Positions 42,411 to 52,144 of a stretch of 64,000 nt of DNA are shown piece after piece (within the stretch, counting starts at the first letter, position 1; each line of letters opens with the position of its first letter). Below the pieces are notes generated by a model. The model did no database searches and was not told where the DNA came from. It worked only from the letters and a program-made list of their open reading frames with translations. The stretch covers positions 966,841 through 1,030,840 of the forward strand of contig JBAZXP010000001.1 of NCBI GenBank assembly GCA_041659805.1, read 5' to 3'. The stretch comes from Microgenomates group bacterium (GTDB lineage: Bacteria; Patescibacteriota; Microgenomatia; Daviesbacterales; UBA10151). The translations under genes were made by a program, and so were the position numbers.

Positions 42411-44780
42411 TTATTTTAAGTTATTTGGCTTGAGCGGAAGTTCAACAAAAAACGTTGTGCCCTGATTGTCTCCCAATGACGGACTTTTTACCCAAACTTT
42501 TCCACCCCATGACTCCACATAAAATTTTACCACAAAAAGACCCAGACCCGTGCCATAAGCTTCGCTTTTAACGGCGTCTCGGCCACGGAAAAATTTGGTA
42601 AATAACCGGTGTTGCTCATCAGTAGGAATACTTTTTCCTGTATTTGTAATACTTATTTTTATTGAATTTGCTAATTTTTCAAAAAATATATCAACTTTCC
42701 CGTGAGCAACATTATATTTAATGGCATTGGAAACAAGATTACTAATTGCCTGTTGGAGGTGCAAAGGATCAAGCATTAATTGCGGCACTTTTTCTTTCTT
42801 TTCAAGAAGATTTATTGTTACTTCTTTATTATTTGCGTCAATTTGCATCTGATCAATCACTGATTTAACCACATCAGAAATATTTGTTGGTTTCGGATTA
42901 TTTGAAATTCTACCCTGTTCAATTCTCGACACATCGAGCAAATCGTTTACCAAGCTAATCATCCCCTGGTTGCTTTCATATATTGTGGATAACATCTTTT
43001 TAATATCTTTTGGAAGCTCGCCAAAATCCCCATTTAAAAGCATTTCAAAACTCCAGCGCATACTGCCCAGTGGAGTTCTTAACTGATGGGCAGCAATAGA
43101 CAAAAATTCAGATTTTTCCCGGTCGATTTCTTTTTCACGGGTTATATCACGGAATATTTCAACTACACCAACAACTTTATGATTTAAAAGAATAGGAGCG
43201 GCAATTAGAGCTACAGGAAATGTGGTCTGATCTTTTCTGACAAAATAATTTGCTTTGACAATAGAACATGATGAAGCTTTGTAACTGTTTATAACTATTT
43301 TACATGGTCTTTTATCACCTGTAACTAACTCACCTTTCTCATCTTCTAATGTAACTACCTTTTCCAATTCTTTCCCAAGAAGATCTTTGACCTCCCAACC
43401 CAACATTAAAGCTGCTGCTTTGTTAATTAATGTGATCTTACCATTCAGGTCAGTAACCACCAGACCCTCACCGATATTCTCGAGTATAGCATCATCCTTT
43501 ATCTTCGCATTTTCAACTTCTAATTTTGCAACTTTTAAGTCCTCCAAAAGATTTAAAACAGCAATTTTGGTTTTTTCAAGCTCAACAGCATGCTTTGCCA
43601 ATTCCCGTTCCGCCATTTTTTGAGCCGTTATATCTTCTATTGTCGATTGGATCAATTCTTTCCCATCAGCATAAAATTTAGTAACCGAAAGAAGACCATC
43701 AACCACCTTACCATCTTTGCGCTTTAAGCGAACTTGCTGACCTACTATTTTATTCGTCTTTTGTAAAATTTCCATAATTTTTTTTCTGTCTTCAGGATTT
43801 TCATAAGTATCTGCTAAATTAATATTTTTTAATTCTTCTTTTGAATAACCTACAAACTTTTGTATTGCAATATTGCTGGAAATCACATTTCCTTTTATAT
43901 CTGCCAAACCAATTCCGATAGGAGCATTATCAAAAAGTAGATGATAATAGCTCTCTGCCTTTTGCAGATCTTTTGTCCTTTGTATTACTTTTTCCTCCAG
44001 GTGCAAATAATATTCCTGTAGCCTTGAAGCCATAGTATTAAAAGCAAACCCAAGCCTGCCTATTTCATCATAGGATTCAATCTGCACCCTTGAAGACAAA
44101 TCCCCTGTTTCAAATTGCTTTGTGGCTTTAATCAGTTTATCCAATGGTTTATTGATAATTAATTTAAACAACACATAAAATAGTATAAAAGCTGCTAAAA
44201 CAAATACTGTTGTTGAAATTATTTGAACTACTCCGATTTGTGCTAAAATACTTTCTTCTAATGCTACATTTTCATAAATTTCTATTACCCCTGACGGTGA
44301 TTTTAACCCATTAAAAGTAATCGGAACATACACCTCCATCGCTTCCCAGTAAACTTCTTCATACACAGCCTTTGATTTTTGCGGTGTTGCGTCTTTTGTG
44401 ACTATATTTCCCTGCAACGATTGTTGATATTCTTTATCTTCCGAAAAAGTTTTTCCGATAATTGTTTCATCATTAGAAAAAATAACCCTACCACTCGTAT
44501 CCCAAACCTTAATTCGGATTATATCCGGATTTTTTATATGCTCATAAAATTTAGTGAAAGTTGCTTTAGTTTGCTGAGGATCATCAAATGAAAAGTCATC
44601 CGGAGTTAGATTCTCTATGTGTTGAATAATAAGATTACCTGTAGTTTTTTTTGTATGGGTCATAAATGAATTCTCAATGACCCATCTGAGCGCTAATGTT
44701 AAACATAGAGCTAAGAAGATAACCACCAAAGCAGCGGAAATAAAAAACTTAGTGAAGGTGGAGATCCTCATTTTACTCAT
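42411..44780 (-). CDS. membrane sensor histidine kinase with extracytoplasmic domain, HAMP, two PAS domains, HisKA and HATPase_c
   Basis: HisKA H-box SIAAHQLRTPL; G-boxes GTGLGLFVVK; PAS-like repeats; two TM segments. Confidence 0.8.
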   Translation of the reverse strand: MSKMRISTFTKFFISAALVVIFLALCLTLALRWVIENSFMTHTKKTTGNLIIQHIENLTPDDFSFDDPQQTKATFTKFYEHIKNPDIIRIKVWDTSGRVIFSNDETIIGKTFSEDKEYQQSLQGNIVTKDATPQKSKAVYEEVYWEAMEVYVPITFNGLKSPSGVIEIYENVALEESILAQIGVVQIISTTVFVLAAFILFYVLFKLIINKPLDKLIKATKQFETGDLSSRVQIESYDEIGRLGFAFNTMASRLQEYYLHLEEKVIQRTKDLQKAESYYHLLFDNAPIGIGLADIKGNVISSNIAIQKFVGYSKEELKNINLADTYENPEDRKKIMEILQKTNKIVGQQVRLKRKDGKVVDGLLSVTKFYADGKELIQSTIEDITAQKMAERELAKHAVELEKTKIAVLNLLEDLKVAKLEVENAKIKDDAILENIGEGLVVTDLNGKITLINKAAALMLGWEVKDLLGKELEKVVTLEDEKGELVTGDKRPCKIVINSYKASSCSIVKANYFVRKDQTTFPVALIAAPILLNHKVVGVVEIFRDITREKEIDREKSEFLSIAAHQLRTPLGSMRWSFEMLLNGDFGELPKDIKKMLSTIYESNQGMISLVNDLLDVSRIEQGRISNNPKPTNISDVVKSVIDQMQIDANNKEVTINLLEKKEKVPQLMLDPLHLQQAISNLVSNAIKYNVAHGKVDIFFEKLANSIKISITNTGKSIPTDEQHRLFTKFFRGRDAVKSEAYGTGLGLFVVKFYVESWGGKVWVKSPSLGDNQGTTFFVELPLKPNNLK

Positions 44781-45351
44781 TAGACTCCTTAAGCTTTTTA
44801 TTTTCTTGTTTTAACTCAGCCATTTTTACTTCACGGTTGACCATAAAACTATTCATTTTCTCTGTATCTTTCATTTGGGAATGAATTTCTTTAGTCCTTT
44901 CAGTCACTTTCTCCTCAAGATTTTGAGTATATTGTTTGAGTTTATTCTCCAATTCTTTTTTTTCTGTAATATCTTCAATTACCAACACAATAAGCTGTAA
45001 TGAGTCTATCTGCCTGGCATTAAGCAACATTGTTTTCTGTCCGATCTCCGGAAAATTATGTTCAACCTCATAATCATTCACAAGTTTCTGTTCGGGTAAA
45101 ATTTCTTCCAATAATTTTCTAAGTCTCGGAATATCCCATTGTTTATTTCCTAAATCATAGAGAAATTTATTTACCGTTTCTTCAATTGTTACTTTAAAAG
45201 TCTTATAGAAAAAGGGGGTTGCTTCAAGAACTTTAAGATCAGAATCCAAGATCAAAAACGATTCTCTGGCTATCTCTACTACAGGCACAATATAATGAAG
45301 TGCTAATTTTCTTTCTTCCTCAAGAGTATTGTTTTTATCCACAACTATCAC
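44773..45351 (-). CDS. PAS-fragment / coiled-coil hypothetical protein
   Basis: 192 aa; 8-bp overlap with the downstream HK; C-terminal heptad-rich region. Confidence 0.35.
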   Translation of the reverse strand: MIVVDKNNTLEEERKLALHYIVPVVEIARESFLILDSDLKVLEATPFFYKTFKVTIEETVNKFLYDLGNKQWDIPRLRKLLEEILPEQKLVNDYEVEHNFPEIGQKTMLLNARQIDSLQLIVLVIEDITEKKELENKLKQYTQNLEEKVTERTKEIHSQMKDTEKMNSFMVNREVKMAELKQENKKLKESNE

Positions 45352-45410
45352 CCCCTTTTGAGATATGCATTTATCGTATCATAAAAAAAATGAGAATTCA
45401 GTAAGAATAA

Positions 45411-45971
45411 TTACTCTGTTTTGCCTGTCAGAAGAGCATCAATTACATCATGAGGTAATGCTGCAGCATTCAAAAGCGCTTTTCTAGCTAAAGTTCCGGT
45501 TTCAGACCCGATTTCATCAGCTGCTTTCAAAACACCGATAACTGCATCTTTAGCCAAATTGCCTGAATCTTCACCTATTTCACCTGCAGCCTTAATTGCT
45601 CCGTCAACTGTTGCCACTGCAGTTTCCCCAACATCCCCACCTACTTCCTTTGTTCCCTTAATAGCTCCTTCAGCTGCAGCTATTGTAGCTTCTTCCAAAT
45701 TCAATCCTGCTTCCTTTACCCCTTCAATAACTCCGGAAACAAGTCCTGTCACTGATTGCACTAGTGATACACCGGTATCAGAAGTTGCTTTAACTCCTTC
45801 AGATACTACATCTGCAATAGTTTCTTCAGTAGTGGTAACAACTTCTCCTCCGGCTTTTAAAGTAGTCACTACAGTTTCTTTTGCAACATCGCGGACGGTT
45901 CCATAAACATCACCAACACCGGATACTACAGAGGAAAGTGCATTTTTTAAATCTGTTGCAATATTGGACAT
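45411..45971 (-). CDS. hypothetical Gly/Ala/Val/Glu-rich repeat protein
   Basis: Imperfect ~17-19-aa repeats, e.g. GAIKGTKEVGGDVGETAVATVD / GAIKAAGEIGEDSGNLAKDAVIG / VLKAADEIGSETG; no family recognised. Confidence 0.35.
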   Translation of the reverse strand: MSNIATDLKNALSSVVSGVGDVYGTVRDVAKETVVTTLKAGGEVVTTTEETIADVVSEGVKATSDTGVSLVQSVTGLVSGVIEGVKEAGLNLEEATIAAAEGAIKGTKEVGGDVGETAVATVDGAIKAAGEIGEDSGNLAKDAVIGVLKAADEIGSETGTLARKALLNAAALPHDVIDALLTGKTE

Positions 45972-46003
45972 TAATTAATGATAAACACAAAATAAATAAT
46001 CTG

Positions 46004-46375
46004 TCAAGTTTCCTTAATCAGACTATTTATTTTATTCACTAAATCGTCCAAAGTCATGTCACTTTTAACAATATAATCTGTTGCCCCCAAACTTTTACCG
46101 CGATCGATATCTTCTTTCTGCCCCAAATTTGATGCTATTAAAACAGGAATGCTTTTGAGTTTTTCATTAGCCCTGATTTCTTTTAATACTTCAAAACCAT
46201 CTTTTTTAGGTAATACCAAATCCAGTAAGATTACGTCGGGAATATCCTTAGCTAAAACGCTTAATGCTTCCTCTCCATCAGCAGCAACAATGATTTCAAA
46301 ACCCGCCTTTGCTAGCTTGACACGGTAAGCACTGGTTAAAAATTGATCATCTTCCACAACTAGAACTTTGGCCAT
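46004..46375 (-). CDS. stand-alone response-regulator receiver
   Basis: KVLVVEDD...DVILLDLVLPKKDGFEVL; start set at MAKVLVV (46375) because the longer ORF overlaps the upstream receiver gene. Confidence 0.65.
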   Translation of the reverse strand: MAKVLVVEDDQFLTSAYRVKLAKAGFEIIVAADGEEALSVLAKDIPDVILLDLVLPKKDGFEVLKEIRANEKLKSIPVLIASNLGQKEDIDRGKSLGATDYIVKSDMTLDDLVNKINSLIKET

Positions 46376-46376
46376 T

Positions 46377-46742
46377 TTAAGGGATTTTTTTCCTGACAGC
46401 TTCCACAAGATCTTCCAAGCTGTAATTTGCTTTAATAAGATAATCTGATTGACCTGCAATAACAACCTGAAGAATTTTATCGTCATCCTGCAAGTTAGTT
46501 AAAACAATAACAGGAATATTTTTAGTTTCCTCTGATTCTTTTAATCTTTTTAAGACACTCATTCCATCTAAAACAGGCATGATTATATCCAAAAGAACTA
46601 AATCAAACTTTTCCTTGGCAATTTTATCCAAAGCTTCTTGACCATCGTATGCAACCCCAACTTCATAACCTTCACTGATCAATTTTTTGGTTAGAACTTC
46701 TACAACAGATCTTTCATCATCAACAACAAGAATCTTTTTCAT
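46377..46742 (-). CDS. stand-alone response-regulator receiver
   Basis: KILVVDDE...DLVLLDIIMPVLDGMSVL. Confidence 0.7.
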   Translation of the reverse strand: MKKILVVDDERSVVEVLTKKLISEGYEVGVAYDGQEALDKIAKEKFDLVLLDIIMPVLDGMSVLKRLKESEETKNIPVIVLTNLQDDDKILQVVIAGQSDYLIKANYSLEDLVEAVRKKIP

Positions 46743-46769
46743 AGCATCTTTATTCTGTACATATTTAGC

Positions 46770-49118
46770 TTAGCTGTCAAGTGAGACTTCACCTTTTTTT
46801 GGTTTTGATCCTGAAAGTGGTAAGGAAAAGAAGAAACTCGTTCCTTGCCCAACTTTACTTTCAAACCACATCTTTCCTCCGGAAGATTCGACTATTGCGA
46901 TAGCTAAATAAAGACCTAAACCATTACCGTTAGGTTCAATCTTAACTGCATCGGCACTTCTGTAAAATTTAGTAAATACTTTATTTTTATCTTCTTCAGG
47001 AATTCCTATCCCTGTATCAGTGATTTGTGATATTACATCTGTATCTTTTACAAAGATCTTAACCGAAATCTTTCCTTTAACAGGAGTGTACTTAATCGCA
47101 TTTGTTAAAAGATTCATATAAACCTGTCTGATCAGAGCAGGATCAATATTGATTTTGGATAAATTTTCTGCAATATCGGTATTTAAGACCTGCTTCCTTT
47201 CATCTATTTTCTGTTGAAGTTCTTTTATCATTCCTTTTAATAGATCTCCTATATTTGTGGGTGTTGGTGCAATAACAATTCTTCCTGATTCAATGCGGGA
47301 AACATTAAGCAATGCATTTACAAGTTCTATCATTCTTTCAGTAGACATGGCAATATTTTTACTGAAATCTTTTTGTTCTGCGTCAAGCTTTGTATCCCCT
47401 AATAATTCCACAAACCATTTAATTGCAGAGAGTGGAGTCCGGAGCTGATGGGAAGCAAGCGAGATAAACTCAGTCTTCATCCGATCTATTTGTCTTTCTT
47501 TTGATACATCCCGAAAAACAACTACACAACCTACAACTACCCCATTTTTATCTTTTAGGGGTGCTGCCGAATCGGCAACAGCAATTTTCCTACCCTCGCT
47601 ACACTCCAACATTGTGTGATTTGCCATTTCCTGTACCTTTCCGGTAGCCATCGCATCTTTAATAAATTTATCATTGATGGTATCCGGTTTTGCCTCATAT
47701 ACAAACCTTAAAACCTCATTGTAATTTTTACCCACAGCGTCTTTGATTTCATGACCACACATTTTTAACGCTACATCGTTAATCAGAATAATAGACAGAT
47801 TCTTATCTACCACAAATACCCCATCTCCAATACTATGCAAAATCGCATCCATCCTATCTCTTTCTACAGCAGTTTTATTTTTTTCATCTTCCACATCTTC
47901 TAAAATATTTAAAATTGCTGCTCTTTGTTCTTCCATAGCACGGCTTCTTTCGACTAGTTCTTTTGTTTGTTCTTCAACCCGTTTATCAACTTCTATCCTA
48001 GATTGTTTAATAGAGGCCACCATTACATCAAATGATCTTGATAATTGCCCCACCTCATCCCGGGTATCTGTACCAACCTTATAATCTAAATTTCCTTTTT
48101 CAATAACTTCTGTACCTTCATGCAGCTCTTCAAGCGGTTTAGTAATACTACGAGATACCAAAAAGGCAACAATAATAAAAATTAGTCCTCCGATAATATT
48201 GGCTGCAACATGAAAAATTATTTGCTGTCTCACAGGATCAGAAACTTCAGATTGGTCAATTTTAGCAATCAAGCACCAACCTGATTCCTGAATATAACTG
48301 TGAGTCCCATAAATGTTTACACCCCGGTAGTCAACATATTGTTTAAGTTGAGGCATATTCAAATGATTTCCAATAGGCGCATCTTTATATTTGGCTATTT
48401 CTTCAGGATTAAAACAATCCTTAGCATTTTGTGTTTCCACTTTTTCCTTTAAAATAACATCACTGCCTTTAAAAAGTGACGGAGTCAAAAACATCCTGTC
48501 TTTATTAATTAAAAACGTTTCGCCGGTTTGTCCTAATCCTGACCTATCTTCCAATAAATTAAAAAGCCCATCTGGCTTAACCCTTGCAACAACCACACCT
48601 AATGTTTTCCCTGTTTTACTATCAATAATCGGAGCTGATAATGCATATCCAATCTTATTAGTTGTTGATGATAAGTAAATATCCTTAATATAAGGGCCTT
48701 TTAAACCATTAACAAAGTAAGGATCGTTATTTTTATCTTCGCCTACCTGTGTTTTATCAGTAGACAAAACAACCTTACCTTTATTATCTAATAAAAAAAT
48801 TTCATTAAAAATACTATCCTCCTTCAAATAAGCACCGAGTAATTGTTGAGCACTTGTTGCATATTCAGACCTTATTTGACCTGACTGTAGAAATTCCTGA
48901 AAACCATCCTCCTGGCTAATAATTATAATTATAGTCTTTTGATCTTGAATAAATCTTCTTATCTCATCATCACGCATTTCAGAAACACCTTGAATATTAT
49001 TTAAATAAGTAGCCCTAATAGCTCTTGTATTTAACTCAACAGTAACCAAAGTAACAATAGTCACGATAATCACAAAAACCACTAAAAAATTAATTAATAT
49101 CCTTGTCCTGATTTTCAT
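46770..49118 (-). CDS. membrane sensor histidine kinase with Cache-like periplasmic domain, HAMP, PAS, HisKA and HATPase_c
   Basis: Two TMs bracketing a ~270-aa extracytoplasmic domain; H-box SLASHQLRTPLSAI; G-box GNGLGLYLAIAIV. Confidence 0.8.
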   Translation of the reverse strand: MKIRTRILINFLVVFVIIVTIVTLVTVELNTRAIRATYLNNIQGVSEMRDDEIRRFIQDQKTIIIIISQEDGFQEFLQSGQIRSEYATSAQQLLGAYLKEDSIFNEIFLLDNKGKVVLSTDKTQVGEDKNNDPYFVNGLKGPYIKDIYLSSTTNKIGYALSAPIIDSKTGKTLGVVVARVKPDGLFNLLEDRSGLGQTGETFLINKDRMFLTPSLFKGSDVILKEKVETQNAKDCFNPEEIAKYKDAPIGNHLNMPQLKQYVDYRGVNIYGTHSYIQESGWCLIAKIDQSEVSDPVRQQIIFHVAANIIGGLIFIIVAFLVSRSITKPLEELHEGTEVIEKGNLDYKVGTDTRDEVGQLSRSFDVMVASIKQSRIEVDKRVEEQTKELVERSRAMEEQRAAILNILEDVEDEKNKTAVERDRMDAILHSIGDGVFVVDKNLSIILINDVALKMCGHEIKDAVGKNYNEVLRFVYEAKPDTINDKFIKDAMATGKVQEMANHTMLECSEGRKIAVADSAAPLKDKNGVVVGCVVVFRDVSKERQIDRMKTEFISLASHQLRTPLSAIKWFVELLGDTKLDAEQKDFSKNIAMSTERMIELVNALLNVSRIESGRIVIAPTPTNIGDLLKGMIKELQQKIDERKQVLNTDIAENLSKINIDPALIRQVYMNLLTNAIKYTPVKGKISVKIFVKDTDVISQITDTGIGIPEEDKNKVFTKFYRSADAVKIEPNGNGLGLYLAIAIVESSGGKMWFESKVGQGTSFFFSLPLSGSKPKKGEVSLDS

Positions 49119-50059
49119 TTTTTACTCTCCATTTCCATAATCTTCTTTTTCAGCTCAATCATTTTAAGCTCCCTACCAACCATATAGTTATTTGTTTTTT
49201 CCAGCTCTTTAGTTCTATTTATAACTCTACTTTCAATATTTTCTTTTGCACTTTGAAGTTGAGTTGACATTTCATTAAAGTTTTTTGCTAATTCTCCGAT
49301 TTCATCGTTTGATTTTATATTTACTTTTACTTGTAAATTACCTGCAATAATTTGCTTAGTTGCCTCGCTTAAGCTATCAACAGGTCTAACGATTAAACGT
49401 GCAATAATAATGGCTAAAATCACGGCTATCAAAACAGTAATAATTACCGCAATGCTTGTATAAAATATCCCCATGTCTAAAGCATGCTGAATATATAGAA
49501 AATTATTATTTAGATTATCTGTTGAAACAATTAAAACATCATCATAATGTCTACCCTGTTTTTCAATATAACTGGTTAAACCATTCTTATAAATTTCCTT
49601 TTGTGTTGAATATTCTTCTCCATCTAAAATTTTAACAGCCTCTGTTTTTTTACCATTATCAACCAAATCTATGGCTTTAGTTTCCATATTAACCAGCGCC
49701 AGATTCGCTAAGTCAATTGATGCAAACATTCTTTTATCTTCGTTATCTCCAAGTTCTAATGCTTGTTGAATTTGATTATCTAATTCAGGAGATATCTGTA
49801 AATATCTATCCTTCCATTTTTTATCCCCGGTAAAAGCATAATTCCTGGCAGATTGAGTTAAAACTTCATCATAATATCTAGTGAACTGGGCTATACTATT
49901 TAGACTGACAGTATTACTCAGGTTTTGTATATTCTGTGTGCTTTCTGCACTAACCCGCTTATCCATTGCATCTAAAGCAATAATTGAGGCAATCCCAATA
50001 ATAAGTACCGGGATTATTCCTAAAAAAACAGCTAGAAATATTTTTGTTCTAATTTTCAT
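49115..50059 (-). CDS. membrane protein with periplasmic 4-helix-like domain, HAMP domain and coiled-coil but no output domain
   Basis: Two TMs; HAMP-like IVRPVDSLSEATKQIIAGNLQVKVNIKSNDEIGELAKNFNEM. Confidence 0.5.
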   Translation of the reverse strand: MKIRTKIFLAVFLGIIPVLIIGIASIIALDAMDKRVSAESTQNIQNLSNTVSLNSIAQFTRYYDEVLTQSARNYAFTGDKKWKDRYLQISPELDNQIQQALELGDNEDKRMFASIDLANLALVNMETKAIDLVDNGKKTEAVKILDGEEYSTQKEIYKNGLTSYIEKQGRHYDDVLIVSTDNLNNNFLYIQHALDMGIFYTSIAVIITVLIAVILAIIIARLIVRPVDSLSEATKQIIAGNLQVKVNIKSNDEIGELAKNFNEMSTQLQSAKENIESRVINRTKELEKTNNYMVGRELKMIELKKKIMEMESKK

Positions 50060-50249
50060 TGATTATAAGCTCTTTTAATTTTTGGACTATCTCCATATGT
50101 CTAATTTCATCATCCCTAATTGAAGCCAAAATTTCCGCCTCCTCTGGATTATCTAAAGTTTCTAAAAATTCATCATATAAATCTCTCGCTTCTTTTTCCA
50201 AACCATACAAATCTTCAAACATTTTGATTAAAATATCTTTATTATCCAT
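50049..50249 (-). CDS. small hypothetical acidic protein
   Basis: 66-aa ORF in an operon-like position between the HAMP and PAS genes. Confidence 0.25.
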   Translation of the reverse strand: MDNKDILIKMFEDLYGLEKEARDLYDEFLETLDNPEEAEILASIRDDEIRHMEIVQKLKELIINEN

Positions 50250-51360
50250 TTGTCTGTTCCTTCTCCATTTGCTTTAAAAAAGCCAAATGACGCGTGCTAT
50301 CATCAATTAATACTTGTAGTAATTTTTTACATTCTTCTTTTATTTCGTCCGCTAATTTTGATTGGTTAATTTGATCAAAATACAGTCCTTTAATCTTTGT
50401 CACAAAAATTTCTTCAATATTCTCCCCTTCTCTAAACTTATCTTTCCATGAAAGATTTTCTATTTTATTTTTTAAATTCATACCTCCTTCTAATTCTTTT
50501 ACCCTTTCCTTTAATTCAATCATTTTGAGCTCACGTCCTACCATTAATTTATTCATTTTTTCCTGAGCATCAAAGGCTTCCTTAGCTTGCTCTTCCGCTT
50601 TTTTCCGTTCAGTTATATCAGTATGAACTGCAACTAAAACTTTTCCATATTCCGAATGATCAAAAACTGAAACATTGGCATAACACCAAAAAGGAGTTCC
50701 GTCTTTTTTAACATTGTTTACTTCTCCGTGCCATTCACCCGTTTTTGCCAAAATTCCCATAATCTCTTTGGCGGTTTCTTCCGGTTTTTTATCAGTCGGC
50801 GCATTAACAATCGAGGCAGGTTTTCCGATCATTTCGCCTGAATTGAAACCAAACATTTTCTCAAATTTCGGATTGGTATAAACGATAGTTCCGTCAGAGG
50901 CTCTAATCAAATAAATTCCTTCAGCCAAATTCTTTATTATTTCATCACGGAATAGCAATTCCAACCCAGTTTTTTTGCGCTCAGTTATATCCCAAAATAT
51001 TCCCAATATACCTATCGTTTGTCCTTTTTCTTTAATCGGCACTTTAACAGTCTGCACCCAATATTTTTGACCCTCAACTTCATATGCTTCTTCAACCTCC
51101 TTCTTTTCACCGGATTTTAAAACTAGCTTATCATCAGCCCTATATTTTTCTGCCAATTCTTTCGGGTAAAAATCAAAATCAGATTTTCCGGAAATTTCTG
51201 AGGCTTTAATTTTTAAATCTTTGGCATAATTTTCATTACAGAGGACATAATTTAAATCTTTATCTTTATAAAAAATTTTTTGAGGAAGATTATTAAACAA
51301 ATTAATAGCAACAATATTCTGAGTTGCGAGAGATTCTACGGCAGACTTGTTATTGGGCAT
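50242..51360 (-). CDS. cytoplasmic tandem-PAS domain protein with C-terminal coiled-coil (no kinase domain)
   Basis: Two PAS-like segments (FYKDKDLNYVLCNENYAKDL...; IIKNLAEGIYLIRASDGTIVYTNPKFEKMFG...). Confidence 0.5.
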   Translation of the reverse strand: MPNNKSAVESLATQNIVAINLFNNLPQKIFYKDKDLNYVLCNENYAKDLKIKASEISGKSDFDFYPKELAEKYRADDKLVLKSGEKKEVEEAYEVEGQKYWVQTVKVPIKEKGQTIGILGIFWDITERKKTGLELLFRDEIIKNLAEGIYLIRASDGTIVYTNPKFEKMFGFNSGEMIGKPASIVNAPTDKKPEETAKEIMGILAKTGEWHGEVNNVKKDGTPFWCYANVSVFDHSEYGKVLVAVHTDITERKKAEEQAKEAFDAQEKMNKLMVGRELKMIELKERVKELEGGMNLKNKIENLSWKDKFREGENIEEIFVTKIKGLYFDQINQSKLADEIKEECKKLLQVLIDDSTRHLAFLKQMEKEQTNG

Positions 51361-51422
51361 GATTAATATAATCCTTCTTTACATCATGCTAAATTTTGAG
51401 TAAAAAGGCAACTGGGGATAAG

Positions 51423-51782
51423 TTACTGAGGCTGACTAATTTTTCGCTCTAAAATATCTAGTGAAGATAGTACTTTTTGGGAAATAGCAATTAAATCCAG
51501 AAAATATTTTTGGACCATGGCTTCATCTTTTGCATCATTAAATTTTATAATCATTGCTCCAGTTGCATGTAAATCATCATGTGCTTTTTCCAGTTCCTGC
51601 ATCTCTACCAAACCGCTATATTTCATTTTCCCTTCAGTATCAAGCCACTTACCTAAATCACAACTATGAGGAGAAATTATTTGGTCTTCTGTTAAACCAT
51701 CTTTTCCATCTAAATAAGATTGGAGCTTGGTTAGCCAAATAAGGTGTGTTGTTTTTGCTTGGGCAAAATCCAAAGCGATCAT
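51423..51782 (-). CDS. CZB (chemoreceptor zinc-binding) domain protein
   Basis: HLIWLTKL...SPHSCDLGKWLD...HDDLH matches the CZB H-x3-C-x-G-x-W core with flanking His. Confidence 0.45.
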   Translation of the reverse strand: MIALDFAQAKTTHLIWLTKLQSYLDGKDGLTEDQIISPHSCDLGKWLDTEGKMKYSGLVEMQELEKAHDDLHATGAMIIKFNDAKDEAMVQKYFLDLIAISQKVLSSLDILERKISQPQ

Positions 51783-51809
51783 AAATCTATTCTTACACCG
51801 GACGTGAGA

Positions 51810-52142
51810 TTATTCAATACCCATTAACTCTACTTCAAAAATCAATGTGGCATTGGGAGGAATAATTGCCCCTGCACCTGCTTCACCATAAGCTAACTCA
51901 GACGGAATAGTAAGTTTTCTCTTTCCACCTTTTTTCATACCAATTACTCCCATATCCCAACCTTCTATAACTTGTCCTACCCCAATCCTGGTTTGAAAGG
52001 GAGCGCCTCTATCATAAGAACTATCAAATTTAGTTCCATCTTCCAAGGTTCCCAGATAATGAATGGAAATATAATCCCCACCTTTTACTTCCTCACCTTT
52101 ACCTATCTTAATATCTTCTATTTTTAATTTATTTGTACTCAT
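51810..52142 (-). CDS. FKBP-type peptidyl-prolyl cis-trans isomerase
   Basis: GDYISIHYLGTLEDGTKFDSSYDRGAPFQTRIGVGQVIEGWDMGVIGMKKGGKRKLTIPSELAYG. Confidence 0.8.
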   Translation of the reverse strand: MSTNKLKIEDIKIGKGEEVKGGDYISIHYLGTLEDGTKFDSSYDRGAPFQTRIGVGQVIEGWDMGVIGMKKGGKRKLTIPSELAYGEAGAGAIIPPNATLIFEVELMGIE

Positions 52143-52144
52143 TT

